DNA of 64,000 nt from an uncultured delta proteobacterium (GCA_963832165.1 CAWHTE010000007.1:256001-320000), one strand, 5' to 3'. Counted from the stretch's first letter, positions 30,830 to 41,368 are shown. Numbers and translations are program-made. Notes: generated by a model not told the origin, from the letters alone.

Positions 30830-32829
30830 GACTGCCGGCGCATTTCGCGCGGTCGTTCATCGCGCTCGCAGCGCTGCCGATCGCGCTCGCCGCGAACGCG
30901 GCCGAGGGCGTGTTCGTGATGGGCGTGGACGGCATGGATCCCGTGATCCTCGAGCGCCTGCTCGCCCGCGGCGAGATGCCGAACTTCGCGCGGCTGCGCG
31001 ACGAGGGAACGCTGCAACCGCTCGGCACTTCGACGCCGCCGCAGAGTCCCGTGGCGTGGTCGAACTTCGTCACGGGGATGAATCCGGGTGGCCATGGGAT
31101 CTTCGATTTCATCCACCGCGATCCCGCTACCTACAAGCCGATCTCGTCGGCGACACCGCCCGTCACCGATCCCGGCGGTGCGCTGCACGTATTCGGCTAC
31201 GTGATCCCCACCTCCGCGCCCGAGTCGCATAACAACCGCGGTGGAACGCCGTGGTGGGATGTGCTGGAGCAGCACGGCGTCGACGTCGAGGTCTATCGCA
31301 TCCCGGGCAACTTCCCGACGCCGCCCTCGAAGGCGCGCGTGCTCTCCGGCATGGGCACCGTCGACGTGCGCGGCGGCTACGGCACCTACACGCTCTACAC
31401 CGACCGCCCCGTACCCGACGATCCCAAGGGCGACATCCAGCTCGTGCGCGTGCAGGACCTCGATCTCGATCGCGTGCCCGACACCGTGAACGCGATCCTG
31501 CGCGGGCCACCGGATCAGTTCCACCTCGAGCCCGGCGCGGTGCCCGGCAACGACGACTATCTCGCGAAGGGCGTGACGATCCACCTCGCGGCCGACCGCG
31601 CGGCCGCGGTGGTCGAGATCGGGGGCCAGCGCGCGCTCTTGCGCGAAGGCGAGTGGTCGGACTGGATGGCGGTCGACTACGACGCGCTGCCGTTCGGGCT
31701 GCTCACCGTGGCAGGCGCGGTGCGCTTCTATGCCGTGGAGCTCGCGCCGGGCTTCCGCGTCTACGCGTCGCCCGTGAACATCTCGCCCGCGAGCCCCGCA
31801 GTGCCGCTCACGAGCCCCGACGCGTTCCTCGACGAGCTCTTCGAGAACCTCGGCTTCTTCTACACGAAGGGAATGCCCGAGGAGACCGATGCGCTCAAGG
31901 ATGGCGTGTTCACCGACGACGACTATCTCGCACAGGTGGCGCTCGTGCAGCAGGACACGCGGCGCATGGTGCAGCTCGCGCTCGACCGCTTCACGCCCGG
32001 CGACGCCACGTTCGTCTATCTCTCCGACATCGACCTGCAGTGTCACATGCTGTGGCGGCACGGCGACCCGAAGCAACCGGATGCACCGCCACATCCCGCG
32101 CGCGATCCCGCGGTCGCAGCGCGCCACGCGCACGACATCGAGCGCTTCTACCGCGACGTCGATCGCGAGCTCGGCGAGATCCGCAAGCGGCTGCCGCCCG
32201 AGACCTGGCTCGTGGTGATGAGCGATCACGGCTTCCAGCCCTACACGCGCAAGCTGCACCTGAACGCGTGGCTGCGCGACAACGGCTACCTCGCGCTGCG
32301 CGACGGCAAGCACACCGGTCAGATCGTCGCGGGGGACGTCGACTGGGCGCATACGCGCGCCTACGGGCTCGGATTCAACGGGCTCTACCTGAACCTGGCC
32401 GGGCGCGAAGGGCAGGGGATCGTGGCGCCGGCCGACGCGCCTGCGCTCGCGCGCGAGCTCGCCGAGTTGCTCACGGCGCTGCGCGACCCGAAGGGCGGGC
32501 AGCGCGTGGTGGTGCGCGTGGATCGCTCCGAGGACGTCTACAGCGCCGAGCGCCGAGCGGAGGGCCCGGACCTGATCGTGGGCTACGACCGCGGCTACGG
32601 CGCCTCGGACGAGTCGACGCTCGGCGAGATCACCGAGGCGGTGTTCGAGGACAACACCTCGCGCTGGTCCGGAAACCACCTCATGGCGCCCGAAGTGGTG
32701 CCGGGGATCCTGCTCACGAACCGCAAGCTGCGCGGCAGCGGCTACGACCTCACCGACCTCACCGTGGCGCTGCTCGCCCACTATGGGATCGGCCCGGCGC
32801 CGGGTATGGTCGGCGAGCCGATCCACTAG
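30826..32829 (+). CDS. Second, paralogous alkaline phosphatase superfamily protein (exported)
   Basis: Signal peptide; MGVDGMD, SPVAWS, MSDHGF, SGNH; ATGA-coupled to the previous gene. Confidence 0.88.
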   Translation: MRLPAHFARSFIALAALPIALAANAAEGVFVMGVDGMDPVILERLLARGEMPNFARLRDEGTLQPLGTSTPPQSPVAWSNFVTGMNPGGHGIFDFIHRDPATYKPISSATPPVTDPGGALHVFGYVIPTSAPESHNNRGGTPWWDVLEQHGVDVEVYRIPGNFPTPPSKARVLSGMGTVDVRGGYGTYTLYTDRPVPDDPKGDIQLVRVQDLDLDRVPDTVNAILRGPPDQFHLEPGAVPGNDDYLAKGVTIHLAADRAAAVVEIGGQRALLREGEWSDWMAVDYDALPFGLLTVAGAVRFYAVELAPGFRVYASPVNISPASPAVPLTSPDAFLDELFENLGFFYTKGMPEETDALKDGVFTDDDYLAQVALVQQDTRRMVQLALDRFTPGDATFVYLSDIDLQCHMLWRHGDPKQPDAPPHPARDPAVAARHAHDIERFYRDVDRELGEIRKRLPPETWLVVMSDHGFQPYTRKLHLNAWLRDNGYLALRDGKHTGQIVAGDVDWAHTRAYGLGFNGLYLNLAGREGQGIVAPADAPALARELAELLTALRDPKGGQRVVVRVDRSEDVYSAERRAEGPDLIVGYDRGYGASDESTLGEITEAVFEDNTSRWSGNHLMAPEVVPGILLTNRKLRGSGYDLTDLTVALLAHYGIGPAPGMVGEPIH

Positions 32830-32842
32830 AGGAGTGATCCCG

Positions 32843-33043
32843 ATGCTCGGAGGCAAGACCGTCAAGGTCAAGATCGATCGCGATCTCTACGACCGCGTGC
32901 GCAAGATCGCCGACGTCGCGGGCTATGCGACCACCGAGGAGTTCGTCACTCACGTGCTCGAGAAGGAGATGCTGCACTTCGAGGACGCGGGATCGGATGA
33001 GGACATCCGGAACCGCCTCAAGGGGCTCGGTTACATCTCCTGA
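32843..33043 (+). CDS. Small ribbon-helix-helix/CopG-like protein ending in RLKGLGYIS
   Basis: GAGGAG RBS; beta-strand VKVKID followed by two helices; 66 aa. Confidence 0.75.
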   Translation: MLGGKTVKVKIDRDLYDRVRKIADVAGYATTEEFVTHVLEKEMLHFEDAGSDEDIRNRLKGLGYIS

Positions 33044-33063
33044 TCGCCGGCTCGTTTCCCTCC

Positions 33064-34809
33064 TCAAGCCGCCAACAGGACGCCCGTGCCATCGCGTTCG
33101 GCGAGCGTCCAACGGCGCGGCATCAGCTCGATCGTCTGGGGCCGGAGCCCGGCCGCGATCACGCCCGTGCGCGGCAGGCGCGCGAGCAGCGTGTCGTACA
33201 CCTGGCGCTCGGTGGTCTCGTCGAGACCGGAAGTGGCCTCGTCGAGCAGCAGCCAATCCGGCTCGTGGAGCAGCGCGCGAGAGATCGCGAGCAGCTGTTG
33301 CTCGTGCGCCGAGAGCTGCTGGTCCCAGGGCTCCGTCGCGTCGAGCCGATCGCCGAGATGTCCGAGTCCGACCGAGGTCAGGGCCTCCCGGATCCGCGCG
33401 TCGTCGAAGCTGTGCTCCGCTTCGGGATAGGAGACCACCGCGCGCAGCGTTCCGAGCGGCAGATATGCGCGCTGCGGCACGAATAGCATCCGATCGCGAG
33501 CGGGCCGCTCGATCCGGCCCGCGCCGAACGGCCAGAGGCCGGCGAGCCCGCGGAACAGCGTCGTCTTGCCGCGGCCCGGCGGTCCCAGGACGGCGACCCG
33601 TTCGCCCGCTCCAGCGGTGACGCTCGCGCGATCGACCAGGACGCGCCCTGCCGGAGACTCGAGCCGGAGATCGACGATGCGGATCGCCTCGGACTCGCCC
33701 GTCGCCACCTGGATCTGTGCTCGCGCGAGGTCCGCGGCCGTGGCGTCCATCACGTCGGTGAACGCGGCGAGCCGCTCGATGTTGGCGCGCCAGCGCGCGA
33801 TCTCGCGATAGGCATTCACAAACCACGAGAGCGCACCCGACACCTGGTCGTAGGCCACGCGCGTCTGCACGATCAGGCCCAGCGTGATCAGACCTTCGAA
33901 ATAGGACGGCGCGGCCAGGAGGATCGGGACGAGGCTGCTCAGGCGACCCAGCGTTCCGGTCAGGATGCTGAGCTGGAGCTCCGCGCGAACCAGCTGGAGG
34001 AAGACGCCGACCACGCCGTGGAAGCGCTGGAGCGCCCCGAGACGCTCGACGGCCTCGCCGCGCGAGAGCGCCACCTCCTCTACGTGGTCGCGGAAACGGA
34101 CCAGGCCGTAGCGGAAGTCCGCCTCGTAGCGGAAGCGGTCGTAGTTGATCGGGACGAGGCGGCGACCGAGCAGGTGCGTGAGCCACATCGACAGGATCGA
34201 GAACGCGATCGCCACCCAGAGCAGGAGGCCCGGCACCTGCCGCTGCGCACCGTCTCCGGTGGGGATTAACCATCCGCTCGACAGCGTCCAGAGCAGATCG
34301 CCGAACGTGACCAGCGTCGCGACCGCGGCGAGCAGCGAGAGCGAGAGACCGAGCGCGCTCGCGACGAAGTCGCGGATGTCTTCGGCAATACGCTGATCGG
34401 GGTTGTCGATCGCGTCGCCGTGCAGCTGGGTCTGTCCGTAGGCGTGCCCTCCCATCCAGCGCTCGACGTAGTCGCCCGTGAGGCCGCGGCGCCAGCGGAT
34501 CTCGAGCAGCTGCCGCAGATAGACGCGCAGCGAGGAGACGACCACGAAGAACAGCGAGAGACCGACGAACCACCCGACCAGGAGCAGGAACGCGTTCAGG
34601 TCGCGTCCCTCGAGCGCCTCGACGGTGCTCCGCTGTGTGTCGGAGACGTACAGACTGGTCTGGACCGCGCCGAACTCCAGCGCCACCGCGCCGACGAGCA
34701 GCAGCAGGCCCCATTTCGCATCGGGCGAGGTCCAGTAGATGCGGACGATCCGCCACAGAGCGCGTGCGAGGTTCCGACCGCGCAGAGTCGGCTTGCGAGC
34801 GGTGGCCAT
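33064..34809 (-). CDS. SbmA/BacA/YddA-like fused ABC permease/ATPase
   Basis: DNPDQRIAED, EADFRYGLVR, GPPGRGKT, LLDEATS; AAGGAG RBS. Confidence 0.9.
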   Translation of the reverse strand: MATARKPTLRGRNLARALWRIVRIYWTSPDAKWGLLLLVGAVALEFGAVQTSLYVSDTQRSTVEALEGRDLNAFLLLVGWFVGLSLFFVVVSSLRVYLRQLLEIRWRRGLTGDYVERWMGGHAYGQTQLHGDAIDNPDQRIAEDIRDFVASALGLSLSLLAAVATLVTFGDLLWTLSSGWLIPTGDGAQRQVPGLLLWVAIAFSILSMWLTHLLGRRLVPINYDRFRYEADFRYGLVRFRDHVEEVALSRGEAVERLGALQRFHGVVGVFLQLVRAELQLSILTGTLGRLSSLVPILLAAPSYFEGLITLGLIVQTRVAYDQVSGALSWFVNAYREIARWRANIERLAAFTDVMDATAADLARAQIQVATGESEAIRIVDLRLESPAGRVLVDRASVTAGAGERVAVLGPPGRGKTTLFRGLAGLWPFGAGRIERPARDRMLFVPQRAYLPLGTLRAVVSYPEAEHSFDDARIREALTSVGLGHLGDRLDATEPWDQQLSAHEQQLLAISRALLHEPDWLLLDEATSGLDETTERQVYDTLLARLPRTGVIAAGLRPQTIELMPRRWTLAERDGTGVLLAA

Positions 34810-34872
34810 GCGGTGCTCCTTCGGGCTCGCAGCATCGCGCCCGGGGTGGAGGCGTGCCAGACTCACCCGGCG

Positions 34873-37800
34873 ATGAGCCCCTCCCCCACCGGCGCGATTC
34901 GTCTCGCGAGCTCGTCGGGGGTCACTGCGCAGCTGAACGCCAACGCATCGGTCCGGCGCATCGATCGCCAGGACGTGATCCTGAACGCGTTCCTGGGCAA
35001 CGAGCTCGAAGGGGGGCCTGCGAACCTCGTGCTGCGCCGCCGCGCAGATCGCATCACGTGGACTCCGCTGCTCGGCCCGCACAGCCCGGGCGCGGTCCAC
35101 ATCGACGAGAGCGGTCTCGACGTCCGCGGCGAGTGGGAAGGGATACGCTTCAACGTGTCACTCCGCCTGGCCGAGTCCGCACCAGCGTGGTTCTGGCACG
35201 TCCAGCTCGAGAACAGCACGCGCACTCCGCAGACCGTCGACCTGCTCCACGTCCAGGACGTGGCGCTCGCCGACTACGGCACCGTGCGCCTGAACGAGTA
35301 CTACGCGAGCCAGTACGTCGACTACACGCCGCTCGCGCACGCGTCGCGCGGCGTCGTGCTGGCGATCCGGCAGAATCTGTCGATCGGAGGCCGCCATCCG
35401 TGGGCCGTCATCGGCTCGCTCGGCCGCGCGACCCACTTCGCGAGCGACGCGCTCTCGTACTACGGCGTCGCCGCGCGCACGACCGGCACACCGTTCGCAC
35501 CGTCGGCGGACCACCTGTCGAGCGAGCGGTGCCAGCACGAGCACTCGCTGGCCGCGCTCCAGGACGAGCCCGTGTCGCTCGAGCCGGGCGCGCACGCCGC
35601 GCGCGGGTTCTTCGGCTGGATCGAGATCGATCACCCGGCGGCCAGCTCCGAGAGCGATCTCGCCACCGTGGAGCGCGCGCTGGCGCTGCCGGAGGCCAAG
35701 CCGCCTCCGTCGAGTGCAGCGCGCGACGCGAGCGCCCCCGCAGCGACGATGTTCTCGGCGAGGCCGCTGTTCGACGCGCGCGAGCTCGATCCCGCGCAGA
35801 TCGCGACCCTGTTCGGCGCGGACACGCGCGCGGTCGAGGAGGATGGCGGACGCGCGCTCTCGTTCTTCCACGGCGCAAACTCCCACGTCGTGCTCCCTGC
35901 GAAGGAGCGCGCGACGCTGCGCAGCCACGGCCAGATCCTGCGCACGGGTGAAGCGCTGGTCCCCGAGGAGGAATCGCTCACCTCGACGGTCTTCATGGGC
36001 GGCGTCTTCCATTCGATGGTCACGCAGGGCCACGTGAGCATCAACCGGCTGCTCTCGACCACGCACGGCTACCTCGGCCTGTTCCGCTCGCACGGCCAGC
36101 GCATCTTCGTGGAGCTCGAGGACGGTTATCACCTGCTCGACGCGCCGTCCGCGTTCGAGATGACGCCGAGCAGCGCGCGCTGGATCTACCGGGATGCGCG
36201 CGGCGGCGTGCTCCAGGTGCGAAGCTGGGCCGCGGTCGACCGCCACGAGCTCTGGGTCGAGATCGACGTGCTCGAGGGGCCGGCGCGCCGGATCCTGATC
36301 TCGAATCACCTGGCCGTGAACGGCGACGACGGCTCCGAAGCGGTTCCCGCGCGCGTGGCACGCGACGCACAGGGCGTCGCCGTGGGCGTGCTCCCCGACA
36401 CCGATCTCGGCCGGCGCTTTCCGGACGGCGGCTTCCGTTTCGATCCGGCGGCGGGCACGAGCTTCGAGCAGGTCGGCGGCGACGAGCTCCTGTTCCAGGA
36501 CGGCGCGTCGCGCGGACTGCCCTATCTCGTGTTCGTCGCGGCGCCGACGCGCTCGCTCGCGCTGCGCATCACGGGTCAGCTGCTCGGCTCGCCGCGAACG
36601 GCCGCGAGCGAAGCGCGCGCGCGCGACGACGCCGAGGCCGCGAACCGTTACTGGTCGCACATGACGGGCCCGCTCGATCTGCACCGGGAGCACGGCGAGC
36701 CCGCACAGACCGCGCTCGCGCCGTTCGCGGAGATCCTTCCGTGGTACGCACACGATGCGCTGATCCACTACCTCGCGCCGCGCGGGCTCGATCAGTACTC
36801 GGGCGGCGGCTGGGGCACGCGCGACGTGTGTCAGGGACCCGTGGAGCTCCTGCTCGCGATCGGCCGCACCGAACCCGTGCGCGATCTCCTGCTGCGCGTG
36901 TTCCGCAACCAGAATCCCGACGGCGACTGGCCGCAGTGGTTCATGTTCTTCGAACGGGAGCGCTCGATCCGACCCGGCGACTCGCACGGCGACATCGTGT
37001 TCTGGCCGCTTCTCGCGCTGGCCCAGTACCTGCTCGCCTCCGACGACGCGGGCGTGCTCGACGAGACGGTCCCGTTCTTCCATCCGGAGGGCGATGCGCG
37101 CGCCGAGCACGCGACGCTGCTCGCGCATGCGGAGCGCGCGCTCGGCCTGATCGCGCGCCGCGTGATTCCGGGCACGCGACTCGCCGCCTACGGTCACGGC
37201 GACTGGAACGACTCGTTCCAGCCCGCCGACCCCGCGCTCGCCGAGCGGCTGTGCAGCGCGTGGACCGTCACGCTGCACCACCAGACGCTCTGCACGCTCG
37301 CGGAGGCGCTCCGCCGCGCAGGTCGCGGTGGACTCGCCGACACGCTCGAGCGCGAGCTCCCGCTGATCCGCGACGACTTCCAGCGCGTGCTCATCGCGGA
37401 CGGAGTCTTGACTGGCCTCGCGCACTTCCCCGCTACCGGCGACGTGGAGCACTGGCTGCACCCGCGCGATCGTACGACCGGGATCTCCTACAGCGTGCTC
37501 GCGATGATCCACGCGATCCTCGCCGACCTGTTCACGCCCGAGCAGGCTCGGCACCACGTCGAGGTGATCCGCCGCCATCTGCTCGCGGCCGACGGCGCGC
37601 GCCTGTTCGACCGGCCGCTTCCGTATCGCGGAGGGATCCAGCGCCAGTTCCAGCGCGCGGAGACGGGCACGTTCTTCGGCCGCGAGATCGGCCTCATGTA
37701 TACGCACGCCCACCTCCGCTATGCGGAGGCGATGGCGCATCTCGGGGAGACCGACGCGTTCTTCCGGGCGCTGCGCCAGGCGAATCCAGTGGGTCTGCGC

Positions 37801-38277
37801 GCGGTGGTGCCGAATGCGCGGCTGCGCCAGATCAACTGCTACACCTCGAGCTCCGACGCGGCCTTCCCGGATCGCTATCAGGCCGCCGACCGCTACGGCG
37901 AAGTGAAGACGGGCGCGGTGCCCGTGGAGGGCGGTTGGCGCGTGTACTCGAGCGGAGCCGGAATCGCGGTACGGCTCGTGCGCGAGTGCCTGCTCGGACT
38001 GCGCCTGCGAAATGCGGAGCTCGGCATCGACCCCGTGCTGCCGCGCGAGCTCGACGGGCTGCGCGCGACCGCTCAGATCGCCGGTCGGCCCGTCGAGCTG
38101 CACTACCGGATCGGCGCACGCGGATTCGCGCCGCGCGCTCTGCGCCTGAACGGAGCCGAGCTCGCGTTCGAGCGCACGGACAATCCGTACCGCGAAGGCG
38201 GCGCCCGCGTCTCGATGGCGCTGCTGCGCGAGCGCCTGCGCGCGGACGTGAATACGCTGATCATCGAGCTCGGCTGA
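34873..38277 (+). CDS. GH94 glycoside phosphorylase, probably 1,2-beta-oligoglucan phosphorylase-like
   Basis: About 1134 aa; HYLAPRGLDQYSGGGWGTRDVCQGP, GDWNDS, REIGLMYTHAHLRY, GGWRVYSSG. Confidence 0.8.
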   Translation: MSPSPTGAIRLASSSGVTAQLNANASVRRIDRQDVILNAFLGNELEGGPANLVLRRRADRITWTPLLGPHSPGAVHIDESGLDVRGEWEGIRFNVSLRLAESAPAWFWHVQLENSTRTPQTVDLLHVQDVALADYGTVRLNEYYASQYVDYTPLAHASRGVVLAIRQNLSIGGRHPWAVIGSLGRATHFASDALSYYGVAARTTGTPFAPSADHLSSERCQHEHSLAALQDEPVSLEPGAHAARGFFGWIEIDHPAASSESDLATVERALALPEAKPPPSSAARDASAPAATMFSARPLFDARELDPAQIATLFGADTRAVEEDGGRALSFFHGANSHVVLPAKERATLRSHGQILRTGEALVPEEESLTSTVFMGGVFHSMVTQGHVSINRLLSTTHGYLGLFRSHGQRIFVELEDGYHLLDAPSAFEMTPSSARWIYRDARGGVLQVRSWAAVDRHELWVEIDVLEGPARRILISNHLAVNGDDGSEAVPARVARDAQGVAVGVLPDTDLGRRFPDGGFRFDPAAGTSFEQVGGDELLFQDGASRGLPYLVFVAAPTRSLALRITGQLLGSPRTAASEARARDDAEAANRYWSHMTGPLDLHREHGEPAQTALAPFAEILPWYAHDALIHYLAPRGLDQYSGGGWGTRDVCQGPVELLLAIGRTEPVRDLLLRVFRNQNPDGDWPQWFMFFERERSIRPGDSHGDIVFWPLLALAQYLLASDDAGVLDETVPFFHPEGDARAEHATLLAHAERALGLIARRVIPGTRLAAYGHGDWNDSFQPADPALAERLCSAWTVTLHHQTLCTLAEALRRAGRGGLADTLERELPLIRDDFQRVLIADGVLTGLAHFPATGDVEHWLHPRDRTTGISYSVLAMIHAILADLFTPEQARHHVEVIRRHLLAADGARLFDRPLPYRGGIQRQFQRAETGTFFGREIGLMYTHAHLRYAEAMAHLGETDAFFRALRQANPVGLRAVVPNARLRQINCYTSSSDAAFPDRYQAADRYGEVKTGAVPVEGGWRVYSSGAGIAVRLVRECLLGLRLRNAELGIDPVLPRELDGLRATAQIAGRPVELHYRIGARGFAPRALRLNGAELAFERTDNPYREGGARVSMALLRERLRADVNTLIIELG

Positions 38278-38284
38278 GGGAGAG

Positions 38285-41200
38285 ATGCAGAGCGAGCTGC
38301 TCGACGAGTTCCGCGGCGATTCGGATTGGAGCCCGATCGCATCGGGTCTCGCGGAGCTTCGCATCACGCAGGAGCCGAGCCCGCACGGTCGCGCGATGCG
38401 GCTCGACTTCGACTTCAAGGGCAGCGGCGGATTCGTCGTCGCGCGCCGCCTGCTCTCGCGCTCGATGCCCGAGAGCTGGGCGCTCGCGATGCGCATCCGC
38501 GGCGCGGCACCCGCGAACAAGCTCGAGCTCAAGCTCGTCGACCCGAGCAACCGCAACGTATGGTGGTGGCACCGGGACGCGTTCGAGCTTCCCGCCGACT
38601 GGCAGCCGCTTCGCATCCGCAGCAGCGAGGTGACGTTCGCGTGGGGCCCCGCCGGCGGTGGACCGCTGCGCGAGCTCGCTGCGATCGAGCTCGCGATCGC
38701 CGCGGGGCCGGGCGGGCAGGGCACCGTCTGGATCGAGGACCTGCGCTTCGAAGACCTCACGCTGCTTGAGCCGCCGCGCACGAGCGCGTCGAGCACCGCG
38801 GCGGGACATCCCGCCGAGCGCGCGATCGACGGCGATGCTGCGACCTGCTGGCGCAGCGAGCCCGGCGCGGCGCCCCAGTGGCTCGCGCTCGATTTCGGCA
38901 CCGAGCACGAGTATGGCGGCCTGTCGATCGACTGGGCGCCCGGCGGTGAGCCGCGCTCGTTCGGGGTGCAGGCCTCCGACGACGGCGAGAAGTGGAACAC
39001 GCTCTGGTCGGCGCGTCAGGCGGAGGGCTCGCGCCATTACGTCTACGTGGCGGGCGGCGGGCACTCGAGACACCTGCGGCTCTTCCTGCAAGAGGCCGCG
39101 AGTCCGACCGGATTCGCGATCGCGTCGCTGCGCGTCGAGCCCTTCGAGTTCTCGCGATCGCTCCACGACTTCTTCCACGCAGTCGCCGAGCGCGAGCGGC
39201 GCGGACTGCATCCGCGCTGGCTGCACCACTCGCAGACCTACTGGACACCCGTCGGTGTCGATGGCGGAACGACCGCGGCGATCATGAACGAGGAAGGAGT
39301 GGTCGAGCCGGACCGCGCGAGCTTCTCGCTCGAGCCGTTCTTGTTCGCCGACGGCGAGCTCGTCACGTGGGCGGACGCCGACGTCTCGCAGTCGCTCGCG
39401 GCGTCCTTCCTTCCGATTCCCTCGTCGGAGTGGCGCTGGCGCGATCTGGTTCTCTCCACGACCGCGTTCGCGAGCGCCGAGGGAGCGCCCGCGTGCGCGC
39501 GCGTGCGCTACCGCGTCGAGAATACGGGCCGCAGCGCGAAGCGCGTGCGTCTGTTCGCGGCGCTGCGCCCGTTCCAGGTGACGCCGCCGTGGCAGTCGTT
39601 CCAGGGCATGGGCGGCACGAGTGCGATCTCCGATCTCGCGTGGGAGGCGGGCGCCGTCGCCGTGAACGGCCGCAAGGTCGTGGTCCCGCTGGATCCGCCG
39701 AGTGGCTTCGGCGCCTCCGCATTCGAGCAGGGAGGCGTCATGCGACATCTCGTGCGCGGTGAGCTTCCGCCGCGCTCGCATGTGCGCGACGACTTCGCGC
39801 ACGCATCGGGTGCGCTGTGCTGGGACCTCGAGCTCGAGCCGGGCAAGACGCGCGACGTGGAGGTCGCGGTGCCGTTCGGCGAACAGGCACCCGGCTCCTG
39901 CGACGCCGAGGGGCTGTGCCGAGCCGCGCGCGCGGCCTCGCTCGAAGTCGTCACGCGCTCCTGGCAGGACCGCCTCGGTTCCGTCGCGATCCGGGTCGGC
40001 GCCGCATCGGACTGCGTGGATGCGCTGCGCACCGCGGCCGCGCACATCCTCGTCAACCGCGATCGAGCGGCGCTCCAGCCGGGCCCGAGGCGCTACACGC
40101 GCTCGTGGATTCGCGACGGCGCGACGATGTCGGCCGCGTTGCTGCGGATCGGGTGCTATGCGGAGGTGCGCGACTTCGCGCGCTGGTACGCGCAGTATCA
40201 GGCCGCCGACGGCAACGTGCCGTGCGCCGTGGATCACAACGGCGCCGATTGGCTGCCCGAGCACGACAGCCACGGTCAGCTCGCGTTCACGGTGGCCGAG
40301 TACTGGCGCATGACGGGCGACCTCGACTTCGCGGCCGAGCTGTGGCCCTCCGTGCTGGCCGCGACGCGCTATCTGGAGCAGCTGCGCTCCCAGCGCCTGG
40401 GCCCGGAGTTCCGCGTGCCCGAGAAGCGCGCGTGCCACGGCCTGTTGCCGGAGTCGGCGAGTCACGAGGGCTACCTGGCCCATCCCGTACACGCCTACTG
40501 GGACGATTTCTGGGCGGTGCGCGGCCTCGGCGATGCGGCCGACCTCGCGCGAGCGCTCGGCGAGCAGGTCGAAGCGAAGCGGCTGCGCGAGCTCTCCGAT
40601 GCGCTCGGCGAGAGCCTGTATGCCTCGATCGAGGCGACGATCGCGGAGCGCAAGATCCCGTATGTCCCGGGCTCGGTCGAGTGGGCCGACTTCGATCCCG
40701 CCGCGACCGCCACCGCGCTCGTGACCACGGATGCCGCGCGTCGCCTGCCGGCGGCGGCGCTCCGCTACAGCTACGACGAGTACCTCGCGGGCTTCCGGCG
40801 CCGCAAGAACAACGAGATCGATTGGAACAACTACACCGCCTACGAGATCCGCATCGTCGGCGCGCTCGTGCGCCTGGGCCGGCGCGAGGAAGCGCACGAG
40901 CTGCTCGACTTCTTCCTCTCCGATCGCCGCCCGCGTGTATGGAACCAATGGCCCGAGATCTCCTGGCGCGATCCGCGCAGCCCGGGACATCTCGGCGACG
41001 TTCCGCACTCGTGGATCGGCGCCGAGTACGTGCTCGCCGTGCTGTGGATGCTCGCGTACGAATCGCCCGGCGACGCATCACTCGTACTCGCAGCGGGCGT
41101 GTCCGAGGCGTGGCTCGACGGCGACGGCGTCGAGCTCGCGGAGCTGCCCACGTGGTGGGGTCGGCTCGGCTACCGGCTGTGGCGGGACGCCCCGAACGCG

Positions 41201-41368
41201 CTGCGCCTCGAGCTCGCGCCGGGACTGCGCGAGCCGCCCGGGGGCATCGTGGTGCGACCGCCGCTCGCGCGTCCGCTCACGGGCGCGGAAGGCGAGGGCG
41301 TCGTGAGCTTCGACGAGCACAGCGCGACGATGCGCAGCAGCGCGCGCAGCGTGCGCCTGACGTTCTGA
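38285..41368 (+). CDS. Discoidin (F5/8 type C) domain + six-hairpin glycosidase-like protein
   Basis: AIDGDAATCWRS..QWLALDFG discoidin motif; RSWIRDG and PESASHEGY (alpha/alpha)6 barrel motifs. Confidence 0.75.
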   Translation: MQSELLDEFRGDSDWSPIASGLAELRITQEPSPHGRAMRLDFDFKGSGGFVVARRLLSRSMPESWALAMRIRGAAPANKLELKLVDPSNRNVWWWHRDAFELPADWQPLRIRSSEVTFAWGPAGGGPLRELAAIELAIAAGPGGQGTVWIEDLRFEDLTLLEPPRTSASSTAAGHPAERAIDGDAATCWRSEPGAAPQWLALDFGTEHEYGGLSIDWAPGGEPRSFGVQASDDGEKWNTLWSARQAEGSRHYVYVAGGGHSRHLRLFLQEAASPTGFAIASLRVEPFEFSRSLHDFFHAVAERERRGLHPRWLHHSQTYWTPVGVDGGTTAAIMNEEGVVEPDRASFSLEPFLFADGELVTWADADVSQSLAASFLPIPSSEWRWRDLVLSTTAFASAEGAPACARVRYRVENTGRSAKRVRLFAALRPFQVTPPWQSFQGMGGTSAISDLAWEAGAVAVNGRKVVVPLDPPSGFGASAFEQGGVMRHLVRGELPPRSHVRDDFAHASGALCWDLELEPGKTRDVEVAVPFGEQAPGSCDAEGLCRAARAASLEVVTRSWQDRLGSVAIRVGAASDCVDALRTAAAHILVNRDRAALQPGPRRYTRSWIRDGATMSAALLRIGCYAEVRDFARWYAQYQAADGNVPCAVDHNGADWLPEHDSHGQLAFTVAEYWRMTGDLDFAAELWPSVLAATRYLEQLRSQRLGPEFRVPEKRACHGLLPESASHEGYLAHPVHAYWDDFWAVRGLGDAADLARALGEQVEAKRLRELSDALGESLYASIEATIAERKIPYVPGSVEWADFDPAATATALVTTDAARRLPAAALRYSYDEYLAGFRRRKNNEIDWNNYTAYEIRIVGALVRLGRREEAHELLDFFLSDRRPRVWNQWPEISWRDPRSPGHLGDVPHSWIGAEYVLAVLWMLAYESPGDASLVLAAGVSEAWLDGDGVELAELPTWWGRLGYRLWRDAPNALRLELAPGLREPPGGIVVRPPLARPLTGAEGEGVVSFDEHSATMRSSARSVRLTF

